A stretch of DNA of 64,000 bases from a virus, in the IMG/VR virus record IMGVR_UViG_3300027742_000001, positions 1 to 64,000 of that record; one strand, given 5' to 3'. Below are positions 45,046 to 55,729 of the stretch, in pieces. Numbering within the stretch: the stretch's first letter is position 1; every line of letters begins with the position of its first letter. The position numbers and the translations under genes were made by a program. The notes under the pieces are model-generated. The model ran no database searches, had not been told where the DNA came from, and saw only the letters and a list, made by a program, of their open reading frames with translations.

Positions 45046-48000
45046 CTAATTATTAATATACCCTTTTAATCGTATATCTACTAAACCTTCTACTTCACTA
45101 CCTAAATCATCAAAACATTTTAAAGTAGCACTTGTATTGGTTTTACTTATTACTTCTACTCGTGTAGCTGTACTTCCTATAAAACTTTGTAGAGTTGCTA
45201 CTACATTTTTTAAATTAGTTATATACTTAGTGTTTATGGTAGTACCTCCTATTAAGATATTTATATCCTCTAAACTTTCATCAATATCTTCTACATCTAC
45301 AATAATTTTTAATGCAGTTATACTTGGTCTAACTGTTCCCTCAATATAACTAACTCTAACTTCATATTGTCTAGTATATTGAACAGGGAAACCTCCTGTA
45401 TATAAATTCCAACCACTTTCTTCATACATCATATCTGAATCTGAACCATAAAAATTAAATACATCATTAGTATACATTGATAAAGGATAATACTCTCGAT
45501 ACTCTATTTTTTGACTTGCTGTACCTGAATACTCTATTAAAGCTGTTCCACTTCCATCAGGTATAAAAGAACCAATATAATACATAGGCTCAAATAATCC
45601 TTGATAAAAGTTCTCTCCATTATTTTTATCATAAAAAATATCTGAATCTAAATTATAATAAAAATATGCTGTTGAAGCTTCTGCTAATAAATCATTATTT
45701 GGTTGAACAACCCCTCCATAGATTTCTCCAATAAAACCTTCAGCATGATAATCTTTTTCATAAATAAGATTATCAATAAGAGTTTCTCCTTGGTTAAACT
45801 TAATATATTTTACATTTAAACTTTCATTTCCATATACATCAACAGCTTTTATAAGTAAGTTATACTGACCTTGAACTTTTGTAATATCGGCTTTATAAGG
45901 TGAGGTTTTAAGTATTCCTTCATGTATTTTAGTAGCAGTATTCCAATTTAAAGAATCCCCTACTTGATATTTAATAATATAACCACTTAAGTCAGGTGGC
46001 TTATTAATAATATCAAATACTAAAGTTTTAACCTCATTAGGTCTTCCACTAATTGTAAATATATCTACATCAGGAGGTAAAATATCATTGCCACTAACTG
46101 TATAACTTTGTTCAATAAAGTTACTTGGATTACCTATTTCTTGAATAAATATTCTATACCTATTTTCAATAAGTCCTGTATTTTCTGATATATAAGAACT
46201 CCCTTTTACATTTTTTCCTAAGTAAATTCTATTATCAGGAATATTAGGTAAAGGAGTTTCATCTTCACTAACAAAATCAGGGATAGCATAGATATTATAG
46301 GTACTTGTAGTAATTGCTGTCCAAGTAAATGTTAAAGTAATATTTGGGATACCAGCACTTGAAATATTCACATCTTCTGATATATTAAAAGTAAGCAACT
46401 CATTTGCAACTTCTAAAGAAGGAGTTATTGAGGTAATTAAATCATTATTATAATTAAAGTCTAAAATACTTGGGTTATAATCTGTTCCAGTAAACTTTGT
46501 ACTTAATTCTTTTCCAGTTCTTTTTACTTCAGTTAATCTTACTAAAAGAGCTTCATTATTATTCTCTCCAAAGATATAACTATTATAAACTTCTATATCA
46601 GAAGTATTAGGTAAAGGTATTGTATAAGTATCTGTTAAATCAGTATCCTCAATATAATAATCTGTAAAAGTATTATCTTGACTTTGTATCTTTAAAACAT
46701 ATACCTTATCAGAAGTTAAAGTAACAGGTTCTTCTAAAGTAACTTCTGAAGTATCTACTTCTTGAATTCTACCACCATTACCCCATAAAGGAACATCATT
46801 TTGAATAGCAACTATATCACCTACTTCACAAGTAACTCCTTTAATATCACTTTCCCAAGTGACTGTTCTTCTTTGGTACTTTGTAGTAGCTAACATATAT
46901 CTACCAAATACAATAGCTTCTGCTTTAGTAGTAATACCAACAGCATCTACTGTTGAGGTTTTAGGTGTAACTTTAGTATCATTTAAATCTTTATCAAGAA
47001 TGGTTACAGCATTAAGTTCATTTCTAATATCTTCATCAGGATATTGTATTTCTAACTCAGTTGCTAAATCTGATAAAGGAGTATAGCTTATTTGGAAACT
47101 TTCTTTTTTAATATCTCCAACATTAAACATATTTGTAATAGTTTGTATTCCATCAAAAACACATGTATACTTATTACCCCTAAGTAGTATTTGACCTCTA
47201 CCTAACTTACCTACCTTTTGACAAGCATCCCAAGGATTTGTTAGAGTATCAAAAGTTCCATTAAAGTTTAATTGTAAAGGATGTCCTAACTCTGTTAAGG
47301 TAATAAAATCTATACTAGCAAAATCTAATAAGAAATATATGTTAGTAATATTTGTGTCATTAAAATCTGAATTATAATCTTCAAAGGTGAATAAATAAAA
47401 CTCTCCACCAACATCTACACTATCAGTAATATCAATCAACCCATTATAAGAATATAATTCTCCATCATCCTTAGTTAGAGTAATTTGTGATAAACCTCTA
47501 TTATATGTAGATACTTCAATAGAAGTAATTTCTTGAATTATCTCAGATTTATAAACTTTTAATATATTCTCACTAGAATTATAAGTAAGTCTATCTGTAC
47601 TAAAGGTCTCATCAGAACTGATAATAGTTTCTTCTCTTATATGTTCTAAATCACAGAAACTAGCCCATTCAACAAATCTATCATAATCAATTTGAGAAGG
47701 TTTTATTTTAGCCCCATAGAAAGGATTAGTTAAAATATCATAACATACCCATGCTGGGTTATTATTTCTCGCTGTTATACTTTCAGTATAAATATCATTA
47801 GTATATAATGTCAAATCTTTTCTAGTTACTTTTGTAGTAATAGTTGGTATAGAACCCTCAATATGCTCAGTTGCTTTTAATTTTAAACCTAACTGTGCGA
47901 TACCTCCATAATTAATATCTGTTGTATTTATCTCCTCAATAAAGGAAACTTGCATAGTGGATTTAATATATATTGAACTAGGTATAGAACTCAATCTAGT

Positions 48001-49428
48001 GACTTTTACTTCATATTGCCCTAATTGTAAGGTTTCGTTTGAAAATATAGAACTTACATTAGGCTCTATACTAAAACTTATTGCTGAAGTTGAATTTCCT
48101 GAGTAGCTTAAAACTTCAGAATCCCCTATAAATATAGTTCTATAACTAATTCTATTTTCACTTTGTAACTCACCTTCAGTATATATAGGTTGATACTCAC
48201 AGGTATCGTCTGTACCACACATATTTGGAGTAGGGTTACTTATAGGAAAGGTGGAAGAATTATACTCTTTCCAATCTGTCCAATAAGAAATATATCTTGA
48301 GTTCCAATATGTATCTGTTGCATCCCTCTCATATATAGGATAACTAACAAAAACACTATATTGTTTTTGATATTTAGGTTCTTTAATATAAGTCCACTCA
48401 GTTTCTCCAACTAATCTATATCCTATACTATAATTTACTGAGTAAGTATTATAATTACCATTTGTAGTACTATAACTATAGAGACCATTTGGAAAAGAAA
48501 AATGTAATTTAAAGCTATCAATATTATCTGATTCAGTAGTAAATATATAAGGTTCATTATAATCTAAATTTCTGATAATATTCCCATTATTAAAAGTTGT
48601 ATCATCAAATCCATTCATAACTTCTTGTTCAAAAGTACCCCTAACTTGTTTAAAATATCCATCGCTTGTATCACTAATAAAACTATTATAAGGTTGCCCA
48701 TTTACATAAATATCAGCAGAATTTATTTCCTCAATTTCTCCGTAACATAAAGCTATTTGTAAAGATAACCAATCATCACTATTCTCATAATATTGTGATT
48801 TATTAATTTCTGTCCCACCTAGAACATGAGTACCATATAATACTGGTGTAGGTGAATTTACATCTCTATTAGTAGATATTCCGTCCCAAGAATATGTTTT
48901 AGAATCTGTCATATTATTAGACATATTTGCATCAGCATTTGGGTCACTTGGTGCTAACATTCTACTTATTAGCATCATACCACCAACAACAACTGCAAAA
49001 GCTACTACATAAGCTAAAGCTATGGCAATAGCTGAGGTTGCGGCGAAATAAGATATAATAGCACTAGCAATATACCCTACTGCCTCCCACTCTTGGTAAG
49101 GAAAATAAACTATAATATCTTTTTCTTGAACAATAATACTTTCTTGTTCTTCTTTTTCTTTAATAAGTTTACCATTATAAATAATACAATAATTAGTTTC
49201 ATCATATTCACTTGTCTGAACATATTCTATTAAAGGTTTCCCATGTAAAGCTGTTCTTTTTTTATTTATACTTAGTTTAAATGGATTAGGAATTTCTGTT
49301 ATAAAAACTGTACCAAAAGAAACTTTGTTAATATTTAAGTTTTTAATACTTTCTTTATAAGTATCTCTTATTTCAACAAAAGCTATTGAAGAAGGTACTA
49401 CTTGTTTAGCTTCTTTGTCTTTACTCAT
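45046..49428 (-). CDS. Tail tip / central fibre protein (lambda J-like, with fused I-like N-terminus)
   Basis: PVLYG, LCYGEIE, GQYEVKVTR, NNPAWVCYDILTN, GDIVAI; 1460 aa. Confidence 0.9.
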   Translation of the reverse strand: MSKDKEAKQVVPSSIAFVEIRDTYKESIKNLNINKVSFGTVFITEIPNPFKLSINKKRTALHGKPLIEYVQTSEYDETNYCIIYNGKLIKEKEEQESIIVQEKDIIVYFPYQEWEAVGYIASAIISYFAATSAIAIALAYVVAFAVVVGGMMLISRMLAPSDPNADANMSNNMTDSKTYSWDGISTNRDVNSPTPVLYGTHVLGGTEINKSQYYENSDDWLSLQIALCYGEIEEINSADIYVNGQPYNSFISDTSDGYFKQVRGTFEQEVMNGFDDTTFNNGNIIRNLDYNEPYIFTTESDNIDSFKLHFSFPNGLYSYSTTNGNYNTYSVNYSIGYRLVGETEWTYIKEPKYQKQYSVFVSYPIYERDATDTYWNSRYISYWTDWKEYNSSTFPISNPTPNMCGTDDTCEYQPIYTEGELQSENRISYRTIFIGDSEVLSYSGNSTSAISFSIEPNVSSIFSNETLQLGQYEVKVTRLSSIPSSIYIKSTMQVSFIEEINTTDINYGGIAQLGLKLKATEHIEGSIPTITTKVTRKDLTLYTNDIYTESITARNNNPAWVCYDILTNPFYGAKIKPSQIDYDRFVEWASFCDLEHIREETIISSDETFSTDRLTYNSSENILKVYKSEIIQEITSIEVSTYNRGLSQITLTKDDGELYSYNGLIDITDSVDVGGEFYLFTFEDYNSDFNDTNITNIYFLLDFASIDFITLTELGHPLQLNFNGTFDTLTNPWDACQKVGKLGRGQILLRGNKYTCVFDGIQTITNMFNVGDIKKESFQISYTPLSDLATELEIQYPDEDIRNELNAVTILDKDLNDTKVTPKTSTVDAVGITTKAEAIVFGRYMLATTKYQRRTVTWESDIKGVTCEVGDIVAIQNDVPLWGNGGRIQEVDTSEVTLEEPVTLTSDKVYVLKIQSQDNTFTDYYIEDTDLTDTYTIPLPNTSDIEVYNSYIFGENNNEALLVRLTEVKRTGKELSTKFTGTDYNPSILDFNYNNDLITSITPSLEVANELLTFNISEDVNISSAGIPNITLTFTWTAITTSTYNIYAIPDFVSEDETPLPNIPDNRIYLGKNVKGSSYISENTGLIENRYRIFIQEIGNPSNFIEQSYTVSGNDILPPDVDIFTISGRPNEVKTLVFDIINKPPDLSGYIIKYQVGDSLNWNTATKIHEGILKTSPYKADITKVQGQYNLLIKAVDVYGNESLNVKYIKFNQGETLIDNLIYEKDYHAEGFIGEIYGGVVQPNNDLLAEASTAYFYYNLDSDIFYDKNNGENFYQGLFEPMYYIGSFIPDGSGTALIEYSGTASQKIEYREYYPLSMYTNDVFNFYGSDSDMMYEESGWNLYTGGFPVQYTRQYEVRVSYIEGTVRPSITALKIIVDVEDIDESLEDINILIGGTTINTKYITNLKNVVATLQSFIGSTATRVEVISKTNTSATLKCFDDLGSEVEGLVDIRLKGYINN

Positions 49429-49439
49429 ATAATTCCTTT

Positions 49440-49868
49440 CTATGTTTCTTTTGGTAAGTAAAACCCTACAATTTTATTTTTATAAACTCTATCAATAACT
49501 CTTGTTACCTGAACACCATAATCTTTAGTCATATGTATAAAGCTATTTTTATCAAGCATATACCCTACATGACCTATTACCCCAAAAGGGTTTTTCATTA
49601 AGACTAAAGTATCTTTATCTTTTTTAACTTCTTCAAATAAATCAAAGTGTTCCTTAACTTTAAATAAAGAGGAACTTTCTTCTAAAGTAATCCCAACATG
49701 ATTTATATTAGGTATTTTTATACCTCTTCTTTTTCCCATTTCTATTATAAAGGTCATACAATCAAAACCTTCTTCAATACTTGTCCCATTAAATTTAAAC
49801 TTACAACTAAGTAAATCTAAATAATCTAATTCTTGTTTTTTTTGCTTTTCTTGTTTTTTATTTAACAT
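49440..49868 (-). CDS. NlpC/P60 tail assembly protein (lambda K-like)
   Basis: GFDC...HVG...FIH triad; position in tail operon. Confidence 0.85.
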   Translation of the reverse strand: MLNKKQEKQKKQELDYLDLLSCKFKFNGTSIEEGFDCMTFIIEMGKRRGIKIPNINHVGITLEESSSLFKVKEHFDLFEEVKKDKDTLVLMKNPFGVIGHVGYMLDKNSFIHMTKDYGVQVTRVIDRVYKNKIVGFYLPKET

Positions 49869-49889
49869 ATATTCCCTTTTGTATTAAAT

Positions 49890-50585
49890 TTAAACCTTTA
49901 TAATAGCTCTTCTTGCAAGTCCTTGATAAGCTAGAAAGGGTAACCCTACTTTCTTACCTTCATCGTTTAATCTAGTTTCACTAAATCTTGCTTGACAATC
50001 TTCTAAAGTTTTATTACAGTAATCAAAATCTGTACCTTCTTTACCCTTTGTAGAATAAGGGCATCCCGTAAATTCATTATCAAATGTTCTTTGACAAGTT
50101 GCTGGATTATATTTCAAAGCAGGAAATTGTGTTCGCATTGGATTTTGACCGACACTTAAATTAAATGTTACAAAGTTATGAGTTGTAATAACATCCATAA
50201 CAATCATTTCTTCATAAAGAGTATCTTCAGGGTCTAATGTAGGAGAGGAACCTAAGTGATTTTCGTGTACAACTCTTATACCAATAACCCACTCACTCCC
50301 AAAGTTATCATCAGCTTCAACTAATTGACCAATTATTCTATCAACATTTTGTACTTTAAGAGGTACTTTAGGTAATGTTCCAGTAGTTGCTTGTGGAATT
50401 TCTCCTATCTCAACATTTGTCATAGAGTAAACTTCTCCATTAAATGTTACATCTTCTGTATTAACACATAAGTTTGATATTAGATTTCCACTTGGGTCTT
50501 TTATTGTAAGTAATGTTATCCAAGCTTTATCTTGAAAGAATTTATTAATCTCTTCTTGTGTTTCATCTGTTAAATCTATTGCCAT
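49890..50585 (-). CDS. Minor tail protein (lambda L-like, Fe-S Cys motif)
   Basis: C-terminal C...GCPY...CNKTLEDC; position in tail operon. Confidence 0.8.
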   Translation of the reverse strand: MAIDLTDETQEEINKFFQDKAWITLLTIKDPSGNLISNLCVNTEDVTFNGEVYSMTNVEIGEIPQATTGTLPKVPLKVQNVDRIIGQLVEADDNFGSEWVIGIRVVHENHLGSSPTLDPEDTLYEEMIVMDVITTHNFVTFNLSVGQNPMRTQFPALKYNPATCQRTFDNEFTGCPYSTKGKEGTDFDYCNKTLEDCQARFSETRLNDEGKKVGLPFLAYQGLARRAIIKV

Positions 50586-50969
50586 TTATATCTCCTCTAA
50601 TACCATTGAGATATTCTTTATGAAAGGTTTACTTCCGTCTTGTTCTACTGTAATTGGCTCTTTAAATCTTACTGCATATTGCAGAAAATCTCCAAGAAGG
50701 TCTTTATCAGTAGGGTGTGTCCAAGTAAAAGGTGTATACATTTGAACATCATTATAAAAATCCTCTAAAACACTTGCTTCTGTAAAAGTCCTTAAAGGAA
50801 AATCTAAATTAAAAGTTTTTCTTGTTTTTGTACTCCAAGGTCTAACTTTAACTGTACCATTTTGCATATCTGTTCGTATGCTATTATCTTCCCTTTCAAC
50901 ATCTAGGGAAGAGGGATAATTACAATCTTCATATGAAGGAAACTCTAAAACTGGTAATGCCATATACAC
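50586..50969 (-). CDS. Distal tail protein (lambda M-like)
   Basis: LEDFY...PFTWTHP...VRF; follows the tape measure gene. Confidence 0.75.
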   Translation of the reverse strand: MYMALPVLEFPSYEDCNYPSSLDVEREDNSIRTDMQNGTVKVRPWSTKTRKTFNLDFPLRTFTEASVLEDFYNDVQMYTPFTWTHPTDKDLLGDFLQYAVRFKEPITVEQDGSKPFIKNISMVLEEI

Positions 50970-50983
50970 CCTCCTTTCTTATT

Positions 50984-53900
50984 TTAATATAAACTTCTTA
51001 TTCTTGAATCTTCGTTTTTAGCTCTTAACATAATATTAATTACTTTTTCGTATTCATCATTTTCATTATTCTTAGTAAGCTCTTCAATCATATCTGCTTC
51101 AATAGGTGTTCCCGTACTATTTTCAATATTAATTGTTGTAGGGGTATTTACAATAGTTGCTCCTGTAACACCCATTTGAGGAACTGTTCCATTTTTATTA
51201 ATATAATCAAGCATTGGTCTTGTATCAGAATTAACGGAGTCTTTTTTAGTGAAATATTCTCCTCCCATTGCAAATACATGGGAGCCACTAGCAGAGCCTA
51301 AATATAAATCATCCCTAACACCTGAACCTCCACTAAGTATTCCTCCATTAGCAAATTTCTTAGTAGATAAAAATCCTCCATTTGCTTTAGCAGTTATTGG
51401 TAATTCTCCCCCCTCACTAAATCCAAATAAACTTCCTATTCCTGAAACAGCTTGTTTAACAATTAATGTTCTAATAAGTTCTTGGTAAATAGATTTAATA
51501 ACACCTTTTGCTAGGGTTTCTAAATCCCCGAACCCCTCAGAAGTAACATCAAAGAAATCCATCATACCATTCTCTAATGATTGAAGTCCTACATTACCTA
51601 CTTGTTCAAGGGCTTCATTTAAGGTAGGAACTTCTTTAGCATAATCTGTAAAGGCTTTATTTAATCCTTGATATGCTTTCTCTTGTGCTATAATATTTTC
51701 TAAAGCTTTTGTTTGATTTTGTTGTTCTTCTTCTGATAACTTTTGAAAGTCTTTTGAAGCTCTTAAATCTCTTAAAGCTTTCTCTGAAGCTAGTTCTTCT
51801 TTCTTCTTACCAATTAATTCATCTACTCTTATTTGTTGAGTCTTTATTTTATTCTCAACTCTACCATAAGCTAAATCAATAGCATTTGCTTCTTTAGTTT
51901 GTGCTTTTTGGTATTCATTTCCTAATTTTAATAATTTAGTTATTGCTAATTGTTTTGCTTCTTCTGAAACTAACTTAGCATAGTTTTCCCCTCTAACATT
52001 TAATTCTAATAAAAGTAAATCTGAGGTTTCTCTATTAAGAGAGTTTATCTTAGCTTGTTCAACAAGTTGTGTTATCATTTTATTTGTTTTAGAATCTTGT
52101 TGTTTAAGTTGTTTTTCTGTTTCTGAGGTTTGAGCTTTTTGTTTGGTTTCTATCTTCTCTTGTGATTTTAAGATAGAATTTTGAGCTTCATTTATTCTAG
52201 TTAATTGTTCAAAGGCTTTTGTATATGCGTTAACTTGTAAATCAATATTTAAAACCTCTTGTTTTGATTTACCTTCTTTACTTTGTTGTAACTTATAAAT
52301 TTCTTCTTGAATTCTAATAGCCTCAGAAGATACATCCCCAAAGGTAGTAACTCCTGATAAATCTAATTTAATACCACTTGCTTCTAAGTCACTTTGAATT
52401 TTAGTTACAAATGTAGGTATCTCTTTTTGTATTCTATTAAGTCTATCTAAGTTTAAACCTTTTAGAATATCTAAGTCTTTACCTTTTGCTATATCAACAC
52501 TTTTGTTTATTTTAGTTATAGAAGCATTTACATTGTCTAAATCTGCTGAACTAAAAAACTTTAAAGTATTTTTAAAAGGGATAGTTTCCAAATCCCCTAA
52601 ACTACCTTTTAAAGATTTAATATTGTTTTCATAAGTTATTATTAGATTATTAATACTTTCCCATTGTTTAGAACCCTCTTTAATAGAATCACTATTTAGT
52701 AACTCTTTGTTCTTTTCAATAAGGGCTGTATAACTTTTTATCTGAGAATCAACTTGATTTTTGTTTAATGAACTTAGAATATTTGATTTATTCTTTGTTA
52801 TATCTTGATTTAAAGTATTAGTTTTTTTAAGTAATTCATTAATTTTTGAAATACTAGCATAATCATTGTCATCTTTAGCTTGAGTCTTTAATGTATATAA
52901 AGTAGTTCTTATTAAGTCTAATCTATTAGTAACTTCTTCAAATTCCTTTGTATCACCTAATCCCTTTTTGAACTTATTAAAAGAAGTTGAGGTTGTATCA
53001 ATAGCATTTGTAAGAGTACTTAATTGAACATCTTTACTAACAGCTACTCCAAAGAATTTAAACTCATCAACAGTATTATTCATAGCTCTTGCTAATTCTG
53101 TTGCTTTATCAATGAAAGGGTCAAAAACACTTTGAGCAATACCTTTAGCATTTTCTCCAAATTTAGCCCATGTCTTTCTATAATCTTCTGTAATATTTTT
53201 AGCTTTATCTAGTTCCTCAGAAGTAACATTTAAACTTTCTCTTAAGTTTACTTGTATCTCACCAGCATTATTTTGAATAGCTTGTAAAACATTCTTTGTA
53301 AGAACTTCTACTCCACTTAATGCTTCATTATAACTTTCTCTATTAAAACTTTTTATTTTCTCTAAGAATTCTAATAAGGCTTTATTACTTTCTTCTCCAC
53401 CTTGAGATATTCTTTTAGCTAAATTTGCTTGATTAACTCCAATAGTTTCAAAATACTTTTGAACAGCCCCACTATTACTACTTAAGGCTATTGTAAGTTT
53501 TCTAATTTGTGTACCTATTGTTGATGCATTAAAGGATGCATTTGATAATGCACTTGCTAAACCATTTACAGCATCAATAGTTAATCCAGTAGCTTTTGCA
53601 GAGGCTAAGGCAAAGTTGGCAAAGGTATTAATATCTTGTGTACCTAATCTAGATTTATTTGCTAAGTATGCTAATTTAGCACCTAATTCATCAACACTTG
53701 ATATAACTTGTCCAAATTGGTCTTTTCCAAATACTTGTACGAAAGAGATAATAGAACTAGCTGATTGCTCAATAGAATCCCCTGTCAATAATGCTAATTT
53801 AATAACTACCTCAGAAGCTTCTGCTACTTGTTCTAATGCTAAACCAGCTCTTGATAGTTCTAATGCAACTTTATTAATATCTCCGAGTTGTTCACCATAA

Positions 53901-54745
53901 GTTTTTCCTAGTTCAGCTAAATTACCTTCTAGTCTTTCGGCACTAGCTGAAGATATATCTAGAATAGTTTCTAATCTTTTTATTCCCGATTCATATTCTA
54001 AGGTATACTCTATACCAGCCCTCATTGATTGAGTAACTCCAGCAATAGTAGCAAATAAAGCAGTATATCCTAAACTTCTTCCTACAATTCCTTTTGCTAA
54101 TCCACTTAAAGGAATATCACTTAATTCAGCTTTTGTATCGGCTACTTGATTTTTTAATTGTTGATACTTGGCTTTTGCTGAGTCTATTGTTTTTAAATCA
54201 GATGATGTTAAGTTAACTATACCTTTTGAGCTTAGTGTTCCAATAATTTCTTGTTGTTTTCTAATCTCAGACATTTGAGAAGAAAGCTTACTTAATCCAC
54301 TACTTGAACCAATAGTTTTGTAATGACCTTGTAATGTTTGAGCTTCTCTATTTAGAGCATTAAATTTATCTTGTATTTTGCTAAGTTCAGTTGATTGTGA
54401 TTGTAATCCCGTAGTAGTTTTTAAATTAAGACTATTTACATCTTTTACATATTGTTTTATTTGAGTATATTGTTTTACACTATTTGCTAGTTGTTCGTTA
54501 TTCTTTATTGTTCCTGTTATATCACCACTTTTATACTTCGATATATCTGAACTAATTTGTTTTAGAATATTACTCTTTCTAATTAAATCTTCATAAACTC
54601 CACTTTCTTTACTTAATGAAGCTAATGTTTTCTCTGTTTCAGTAGTTAGTGAGGTTATGTTCTTTTCTAATTTAGTTAACCCACTTTGAATGTCATTAAC
54701 ATTAAGTTTTATTATGGTTTCTATTACTTGTTCTTCACTTGGCAT
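50984..54745 (-). CDS. Tape measure protein
   Basis: 1253 aa helical protein with TP901-type core (ELSRAG, IGTQIR) and C-terminal FANGG/GEY. Confidence 0.92.
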   Translation of the reverse strand: MPSEEQVIETIIKLNVNDIQSGLTKLEKNITSLTTETEKTLASLSKESGVYEDLIRKSNILKQISSDISKYKSGDITGTIKNNEQLANSVKQYTQIKQYVKDVNSLNLKTTTGLQSQSTELSKIQDKFNALNREAQTLQGHYKTIGSSSGLSKLSSQMSEIRKQQEIIGTLSSKGIVNLTSSDLKTIDSAKAKYQQLKNQVADTKAELSDIPLSGLAKGIVGRSLGYTALFATIAGVTQSMRAGIEYTLEYESGIKRLETILDISSASAERLEGNLAELGKTYGEQLGDINKVALELSRAGLALEQVAEASEVVIKLALLTGDSIEQSASSIISFVQVFGKDQFGQVISSVDELGAKLAYLANKSRLGTQDINTFANFALASAKATGLTIDAVNGLASALSNASFNASTIGTQIRKLTIALSSNSGAVQKYFETIGVNQANLAKRISQGGEESNKALLEFLEKIKSFNRESYNEALSGVEVLTKNVLQAIQNNAGEIQVNLRESLNVTSEELDKAKNITEDYRKTWAKFGENAKGIAQSVFDPFIDKATELARAMNNTVDEFKFFGVAVSKDVQLSTLTNAIDTTSTSFNKFKKGLGDTKEFEEVTNRLDLIRTTLYTLKTQAKDDNDYASISKINELLKKTNTLNQDITKNKSNILSSLNKNQVDSQIKSYTALIEKNKELLNSDSIKEGSKQWESINNLIITYENNIKSLKGSLGDLETIPFKNTLKFFSSADLDNVNASITKINKSVDIAKGKDLDILKGLNLDRLNRIQKEIPTFVTKIQSDLEASGIKLDLSGVTTFGDVSSEAIRIQEEIYKLQQSKEGKSKQEVLNIDLQVNAYTKAFEQLTRINEAQNSILKSQEKIETKQKAQTSETEKQLKQQDSKTNKMITQLVEQAKINSLNRETSDLLLLELNVRGENYAKLVSEEAKQLAITKLLKLGNEYQKAQTKEANAIDLAYGRVENKIKTQQIRVDELIGKKKEELASEKALRDLRASKDFQKLSEEEQQNQTKALENIIAQEKAYQGLNKAFTDYAKEVPTLNEALEQVGNVGLQSLENGMMDFFDVTSEGFGDLETLAKGVIKSIYQELIRTLIVKQAVSGIGSLFGFSEGGELPITAKANGGFLSTKKFANGGILSGGSGVRDDLYLGSASGSHVFAMGGEYFTKKDSVNSDTRPMLDYINKNGTVPQMGVTGATIVNTPTTINIENSTGTPIEADMIEELTKNNENDEYEKVINIMLRAKNEDSRIRSLY

Positions 54746-54943
54746 TAAATACTCCTAAAATATCTTTTGTATTCATATTATTAATAAAACTAAATTCTGT
54801 ATTTAACTTAATTAATAATATTACCTTAACTTGTTCCAAGAGGATTATACCTCTTGAACACCTTTTATAATAGTTTTCATATTACCACTCCATTCCACTT
54901 ATAACACCATACATAGTAATACCTCCTTTTAGTTTGAAGTAAT

Positions 54944-54976
54944 ATTATATCAAAATAAACCTTAATAATAAGTTAA
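54944..54976 (-). promoter_or_regulatory. Phage promoter, copy 12 (upstream of tape measure gene)
   Basis: TTAAC-N6-TTAAG-N11-TATAAT on the minus strand. Confidence 0.7.
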
Positions 54977-54981
54977 ATAAA

Positions 54982-55329
54982 TTATTTATCCATTCTTTCT
55001 CTCTCAGATTTCTTTATTGCACTTTTTACTAATTTAGAAGCCACAATGAAAAAGTTAGATTGGTCTAATATTGTACCTTTATTCGGTAAATAACCCTCTG
55101 AATAATACTCATAAGATTCATAAGCTTCGTTGAGGTATTCCCAATTAATATTACTTAAAGGGCAACCCTCAAATTCATATTCATCAATAGTAAACTTCTG
55201 AGAAGGTAAATGTTTACTTCTTTTTATTGTACAATCTTTCTTTCTACAATCCCTTGCAATTTTATCCCTATCAGTACAACTTGAGCAGTCGAACTCTTTA
55301 AATTTATCATCAAATTGTACTGCTAAGGC
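54982..55329 (-). CDS. Tail assembly chaperone, -1 frameshift extension (gpGT-like); not in track
   Basis: 115-codon open -1 frame (ALAVQFDDKFKEFDCSSC...GCPL...GYLPNKGTILDQ...MDK*) with no start codon of its own, entered at A AAA AAG (55335..55329). Confidence 0.85.
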   Translation of the reverse strand, partial: ALAVQFDDKFKEFDCSSCTDRDKIARDCRKKDCTIKRSKHLPSQKFTIDEYEFEGCPLSNINWEYLNEAYESYEYYSEGYLPNKGTILDQSNFFIVASKLVKSAIKKSERERMDK

Positions 55330-55712
55330 TTTTTTAAACTTTCTATATCTTTACCTTTTAACATTGAAGTTACTCTGATAGAACTTGCTAAATCAGAAAT
55401 CCAATCTAAAGGTAATATATCCATAAATTTATCATCAATATCTTCTTCTTTAATTGTTTTAATTGAGTTATCTATTTCAATGTTTTCTACTCTAACAAGT
55501 TTTGCTTTAGACATATCATAATCAACTATTCCTTGTTCAGAAATTAATTTACCTTCTTCATTTTTAAATAACTGTGAATTATACTTTTCAAATTCCCTAT
55601 TAGATAGTGCTTTATAATAAAACTTAGTAGGTTTTTCTTCATCAATTTCCTCAGTAGGAATCCACTCGAACTCTTTCTCTAAGTCTAGTGTCACTAATTT
55701 TCTCTTTGCCAT
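55323..55712 (-). CDS. Tail assembly chaperone (gpG-like)
   Basis: Between tail tube and tape measure genes; ends in a slippery heptamer. Confidence 0.85.
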   Translation of the reverse strand: MAKRKLVTLDLEKEFEWIPTEEIDEEKPTKFYYKALSNREFEKYNSQLFKNEEGKLISEQGIVDYDMSKAKLVRVENIEIDNSIKTIKEEDIDDKFMDILPLDWISDLASSIRVTSMLKGKDIESLKKP

Positions 55713-55729
55713 ATTTTTCCCTTTCTTTT

